Part shown: positions 60,011 to 64,000 of the stretch, in pieces
How the letters are laid out: each line of letters begins with the position of its first letter
How positions within the stretch are numbered: the stretch's first letter is position 1
Assembly: GCA_934119955.1 (NCBI GenBank)
Contig: CAKOSZ010000001.1
Span: 46,592 to 110,591 of the forward strand
Length of the DNA: 64,000 nt
Direction of reading: 5' to 3'
From: an uncultured Bacilli bacterium
GTDB lineage: Bacteria > Bacillota_I > Bacilli_A > RF39 > UBA660
Translations under genes and position numbers: made by a program
The notes under the pieces: generated by a model
Seen by the model: only the letters and a program-made list of their open reading frames with translations
What the model was told of the DNA's origin: nothing
Database searches by the model: none

Positions 60011-60804
60011 AAATTATCCTCCAAAGAATCTAAATCATAATATATTTTATCAATTAAATCATAAAATTTTAATTTAATTGATAAATCTATTATAAAAGGT
60101 AATTCTAAACCTATTTTTCTTAAATAATTATCCATATTAAATGTTTCTTCTAAATTACCTATTAAAGATATTTTATAATCATTTAAAAGATAAATTAAAT
60201 TACTATTATAAATTGTATTTAAATTACTAGTAATATTTATAATAGTTAAACCTTCTTCATTTAATTTTTTTAATTTTTTTAACATAAATGGTAAAGTTTC
60301 TTTATCTAAGTTATTAAAAGCATCATCTAATATTAAGATTTTAGGTTCATGCATTAAAGATATAATTATTTTTAGTTTATTTATTTCGTTTCTTGATAAA
60401 TTTTTTATATTTTTATTTAATAAGTTTTCTATTTCAAAAAAACTTGCTATTTTAGTTAATCTTTTATTTATCTTATACTCATTATAACCTAGATTTTTTA
60501 AAGGTAAAATTAATTCATCTTTAACTTTTTTAGTTAAAAAGACATTTAGAAAGTTAGAAACTACTCCTATTTTTTCTATATATTTTAAAACATTTTTTTT
60601 ATTTAAAATAATATTTTCAATTTGAATTACATCAGTAGTTGGAATAATTGCACATAAAAGTTTTGTTAAAGTTGTTTTACCACTTCTATTTGGAGCAATA
60701 ATACTTACATAATCTCCCATATTTATATCTAAATTAAGATTAGTAAATTTTTTAGTTTCATCTATTTGATAGTTTAATTTATTAATTTGTAAAATAGTCG
60801 TCAT
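60001..60804 (-). CDS. ABC transporter ATP-binding protein (EcfA1 position) with partly degenerate motifs
   Basis: Walker A APNRSGKTT, signature degenerated to LSRNEINKL, Walker B ILILDDAFNNLD, and C-terminal ELPFIIDL helix typical of EcfA. Confidence 0.55.
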   Translation of the reverse strand: MTTILQINKLNYQIDETKKFTNLNLDINMGDYVSIIAPNRSGKTTLTKLLCAIIPTTDVIQIENIILNKKNVLKYIEKIGVVSNFLNVFLTKKVKDELILPLKNLGYNEYKINKRLTKIASFFEIENLLNKNIKNLSRNEINKLKIIISLMHEPKILILDDAFNNLDKETLPFMLKKLKKLNEEGLTIINITSNLNTIYNSNLIYLLNDYKISLIGNLEETFNMDNYLRKIGLELPFIIDLSIKLKFYDLIDKIYYDLDSLEDNLWK

Positions 60805-60862
60805 ATTGTCCTCCTATAATAAGTATAATAAATAATGTCAAAAAAAAGTAGACTAATTTACA

Positions 60863-61429
60863 TTAATCTACATAAGTATATAACTCATTTTTAATAGAAT
60901 CATAATTTGTTAGGCTAGAAACTACTTTATTGTTTTTTATTTTCAATAAAGTTGGTACAACTAATTTTAGGGTTGTAACATCATTTGTTACTACTAAATC
61001 ATCTGCTAAACACATATTATTACGACTATTACTTAAATCAAGTTGATATAATGGTATTTTTTTACTAGAATTATTATATTTTTCTATTATACTTTGATAT
61101 AAACTAGCACTATCTTCATCCATTTCATAAGCAACTACTAAGTATTCTTCATCACTTCTGTTTAAAATAGAACCACATGTGATTTTTTCAGTTTGCACCT
61201 CGGCAGTATAATTAATATTATTTTCTTTGGTAAATAAATTCCATTCTCCTGTTTTTATTTTAGTAAATACAAACATTAAACCAATAAATGCTATAACAGA
61301 ACAAGCAATTATTACTCCATTTTTTACATTTTTATTAGTTGAATTCATTTCGTATTCACGCATACTAACTTTTTCTTTTTTTAATTTTTTTTGCATTTCT
61401 TTTTTCTTCATAGTAACCTCTCTTGTCAA
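60863..61429 (-). CDS. Membrane-anchored hypothetical protein downstream of sigH
   Basis: Basic N-tail, single TM (VIIACSVIAFIGLMFVF), extracytoplasmic domain. Confidence 0.4.
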   Translation of the reverse strand: MTREVTMKKKEMQKKLKKEKVSMREYEMNSTNKNVKNGVIIACSVIAFIGLMFVFTKIKTGEWNLFTKENNINYTAEVQTEKITCGSILNRSDEEYLVVAYEMDEDSASLYQSIIEKYNNSSKKIPLYQLDLSNSRNNMCLADDLVVTNDVTTLKLVVPTLLKIKNNKVVSSLTNYDSIKNELYTYVD

Positions 61430-61467
61430 TTAAATTTTATCATATTTATCTAAAAAAATAAACATTT

Positions 61468-62064
61468 TTATTGATTAACAGATAATTTCCTTTTTATAAG
61501 ACTTAAACATTTAGTAAAAGTATTTGTACTTATATTCATTATTGTTTCTATTTCTTTTTGATTTAAACCACTTATTTTTAGTTCTAAAACAACTGAGGCT
61601 TCCAAAGGAAGAGAATTTAATATTTTAATATATTTATTTTTTAATTCTTGAATATCTAAGTACATATATGGATCAATTGCATTTTTATCTTCTAATACAT
61701 CTAAAAGAATAGTATTGTTATATGATGTATAATAAGAAATTGAGGTGTTTAAAGCCTTTTTTTTATTAGTATCATTATCTCTTATTTCAGTATTTAATTT
61801 ATTATGAATGCAATGACTAAGATAAGTATAAAATTTTGTATTTTGATTATCTTTATCATTATAGTTTTTAATAGCGTCTATTAAGGCTATGTTTGCAACT
61901 TGAACTAAATCTTCTAGTTCATATCCCATATCTTTTACTTTTCTTAGTTTTTGATTACAAATTGTTATTATTAAGGGTTTATATTTTTCAAGCATTACTT
62001 CATAGCAATCTTCATTTTCATTAATCATATATAGTATTTCATAATCATCTGTTTCTTTATACAT
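61468..62064 (-). CDS. sigH: RNA polymerase sigma factor SigH (sigma-70 family, sporulation/stationary-phase)
   Basis: Region 2 EDLVQVANIALIDAIKNY, TLLDVL, region 4 VLELKISGLNQKEIETIMNISTNTFTKCLSLIKRKL. Synteny cysS-mrnC-rlmB-sigH as in Bacillus. Confidence 0.75.
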   Translation of the reverse strand: MYKETDDYEILYMINENEDCYEVMLEKYKPLIITICNQKLRKVKDMGYELEDLVQVANIALIDAIKNYNDKDNQNTKFYTYLSHCIHNKLNTEIRDNDTNKKKALNTSISYYTSYNNTILLDVLEDKNAIDPYMYLDIQELKNKYIKILNSLPLEASVVLELKISGLNQKEIETIMNISTNTFTKCLSLIKRKLSVNQ

Positions 62065-62065
62065 A

Positions 62066-62764
62066 TTACCTCTTTCTTATTAATTCATATATCATAATAC
62101 CAGCTGCAACTGAGGCATTTAAACTATTAATTTTTCCATACATTGGGATGGAAACAACATAATCACATGATTCTTTAACAAGTCTTGACATACCAAAACC
62201 TTCACTTCCAATTATTAAAACTGATTTTTCTGGGTAATTAATTTCTTGATAATTAGATGCATTCATATCAGTTCCTATTATCCAAAATCCTAATTCTTTT
62301 AATTTTGAAATTGTTTGATTTAAATTAATTACTTGGCATACATTAACATTATATAAGGCACCAACACTTGTTTTCATAACTGTTTCATTAACAGAAACAG
62401 ATCTATTTTTTGGTAAAATTATTCCATCTATTCCTGATGCTTCAACAGTTCTAATAATTGCTCCTAAATTATGAGGATCTTCTAAATGATCAAGAATTAC
62501 TAATTTATTAGAATCTTTAACTAAATCATCAAATTTAGTATATTCAAAATTCTTAACATCCATAATTATTCCTTGATGATTATTATTAATCATTTTATCA
62601 AGTTCATATTTTTCTTTATATACAATAGGCAAATTCAATTTTTCTATTAAAGATAAAATATTTTTTTCATTAAATTTATTAGTACAATATACTTTTTTAA
62701 TTATTTTTTTATCTTGAAAATTTCTAAGTATTTCTAAACAATTATTTCTACCACTTACTAACAT
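62066..62764 (-). CDS. rlmB: 23S rRNA (guanosine-2'-O-)-methyltransferase RlmB (TrmH/SpoU family)
   Basis: SpoU methylase motifs (LDHLEDPHNLGAIIRT, IGSEGFGMS, SLNASVAAGI). Confidence 0.85.
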   Translation of the reverse strand: MLVSGRNNCLEILRNFQDKKIIKKVYCTNKFNEKNILSLIEKLNLPIVYKEKYELDKMINNNHQGIIMDVKNFEYTKFDDLVKDSNKLVILDHLEDPHNLGAIIRTVEASGIDGIILPKNRSVSVNETVMKTSVGALYNVNVCQVINLNQTISKLKELGFWIIGTDMNASNYQEINYPEKSVLIIGSEGFGMSRLVKESCDYVVSIPMYGKINSLNASVAAGIMIYELIRKR

Positions 62765-63138
62765 ACTTCACCTAGAATTATCTTAATTATTTCTTCTATC
62801 CTTTCTATATTATTTTCTAATTTTAAATAACCAAATAAAGCCTCTAATCCAGTTGCATTTCTATATGTTTGAATACTACAACTTTTAGGATGAGTTTTAC
62901 TTTTTTGATTTCTTCCTCTTTTAATTACATCAAGTTCAAGGCTTGTAAAAACATTTTTATTCATTAATTCTTCTAATATTCTTGCTTGACTATTAGCACT
63001 TACAAAGTTAAGAGATTTTTCTTGTAATTCTTTTACATGATTTATACCAAGATTAATTAAATATTCTCGTATATAACTCTCATAAATACTATCTCCAAGA
63101 TAAGCAAGTGCTAATGAAGAAACTTCTACTACTTTCAT
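62758..63138 (-). CDS. mrnC: Mini-ribonuclease 3 (Mini-III, YazC)
   Basis: LALAYLGDSIYE RNase III signature in a 126 aa protein. Confidence 0.85.
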   Translation of the reverse strand: MKVVEVSSLALAYLGDSIYESYIREYLINLGINHVKELQEKSLNFVSANSQARILEELMNKNVFTSLELDVIKRGRNQKSKTHPKSCSIQTYRNATGLEALFGYLKLENNIERIEEIIKIILGEVC

Positions 63139-63141
63139 AAA

Positions 63142-63411
63142 TCACCTACTAATTAATTTATATACTTTATATAAACTTATTTCATTTCTTGATAACGATA
63201 TAATATCATTTATTAAAGTACTATACCATTTATGATAAACGTTATAATACATAAAAATTATTTTAGCAATATCTTGTTCATAAAAATCAAATTCTATTTT
63301 ATCTTTAACTAAACCTTTAAAAGTTTCTATTACTTTTTTTTCATATTCAACCTTACTTAATGCTTTACTTTTACTTAAAGATAAATTATTTATTATATCA
63401 TTTAAAGTCAT
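63142..63411 (-). CDS. Hypothetical small protein between cysS and mrnC
   Basis: 89 aa, no motif. Confidence 0.35.
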   Translation of the reverse strand: MTLNDIINNLSLSKSKALSKVEYEKKVIETFKGLVKDKIEFDFYEQDIAKIIFMYYNVYHKWYSTLINDIISLSRNEISLYKVYKLISR

Positions 63412-63428
63412 TTTTACCCCCTTTTATC

Positions 63429-64000
63429 TTATAATTTAATAATTTTAAAACCTTCTCTTGTATCTAAAACTTTATAACCTAAGTCAGCAATTTTTAAACG
63501 AACTTTATCGGCTTCTTCGTAATTTTTTTCAGATTTTAATTTGTTTCTTAAATTAACTAATTCTAATACTTCTTCTGGAATACTATTAGAATCTACTAAA
63601 TTAAGAGATAAAACTTTATCAAATGATTTAATTAATTCTAATTTGGTATAATCGTTCATATCACTTTTTAAAACATCATAAACAGTTGTAATAGCAAGAG
63701 AAGTATTTAAGTTATTAGATAAGGCATCTTTAAACTGATTATTATAAGTATCATATAATTCTTGATTTAAAACATCTTTTTCTTTATTTAAAGTATTAAT
63801 TCTTTCTTTTAGTTTTTTGTATTCAAATAAAGATTTATCTAGGGCTTCATAAGAAAATTCAAGATTTTTTTGATAATGACTTAGTAATACCATATATCTA
63901 TATGATAAAGGATCATATCCTTTTTCTTCAAGAAGAGATACCGTTAAAAATTCTCCTTTACTCTTACTCATTTTACCATTTTTATCATTTAAATGTTCAA
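63429..64000 (-). CDS. cysS: Cysteine--tRNA ligase, C-terminal part (5' end lies beyond the window)
   Basis: Begins within the KMSKS motif (MSKSKGEF) and continues through the anticodon-binding helical domain. The ORF is open to the window edge. Confidence 0.85.
   Translation of the reverse strand, partial: EHLNDKNGKMSKSKGEFLTVSLLEEKGYDPLSYRYMVLLSHYQKNLEFSYEALDKSLFEYKKLKERINTLNKEKDVLNQELYDTYNNQFKDALSNNLNTSLAITTVYDVLKSDMNDYTKLELIKSFDKVLSLNLVDSNSIPEEVLELVNLRNKLKSEKNYEEADKVRLKIADLGYKVLDTREGFKIIKL

Noticed and set aside
1-64000. Possibility that TGA is read as Trp (Mollicute-like code) given extreme AT richness and relatedness to Erysipelotrichia
   Set aside because: Conserved proteins (eno, uvrB, tyrS, asnS, clpC) end at TGA/TAA/TAG at the expected lengths and use TGG for Trp. 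No conserved ORF requires TGA read-through.
1-64000. CRISPR arrays, rRNA operons, prophage structural genes, integrase/transposase with terminal inverted repeats
   Set aside because: None seen. The only direct/inverted repeat systems are the Rpn arms, the 140-bp promoter/mini-ORF element, the uvrB 5' duplication, and short in-gene coding tandem repeats.

Overview
This is a very AT-rich, standard-code (TGA is a stop, Trp is TGG), low-GC Firmicutes-type chromosomal window. Both sporulation markers (germination protease gpr, sigma-H) and cell-wall genes (murD, FemAB, M15 D-Ala-D-Ala carboxypeptidase, S41 CtpA, HtrA) are present. Housekeeping content: rubrerythrin, QueH, YebC, enolase, MurD, RdgB, tRNA-Ile2/Met(CAU), tRNA-Leu(UAG), tRNA-Gln(CUG), UvrB, TyrS and AsnS (each behind a T-box leader), rplM-rpsI, rpsT divergent from gpr, YidD, ClpC-like ATPase, PrsW, TruA, a degenerate ECF module, sigH-rlmB-mrnC-cysS. 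The accessory content is what stands out. (i) An Abi_2 (AbiD/F-like, HEPN Rx4H) gene sits beside a tightly coupled four-gene operon of unrecognisable low-complexity proteins; beside that, a RhuM-family cassette lies between duplicated copies of the uvrB 5' end. (ii) Two ~1.15 kb near-identical inverted repeats, each carrying an Rpn/PD-(D/E)XK recombination-promoting nuclease-like gene, bracket a ~35.5 kb segment. (iii) Inside that segment are two paralogous large secreted/surface-protein loci. Each is preceded by a conserved ~135 bp element containing a sigma-A promoter, a 25-27 codon mini-ORF and a poly-G tract of 10 versus 11 residues, which is a candidate phase-variation switch. (iv) A diverged Clp-D1-like AAA+ protein with an acidic repeat tail is coupled to a small membrane protein. 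(v) A P-loop kinase / protein-kinase-like / HAD-like / unknown operon lies upstream of rplM. No rRNA or CRISPR array is present.
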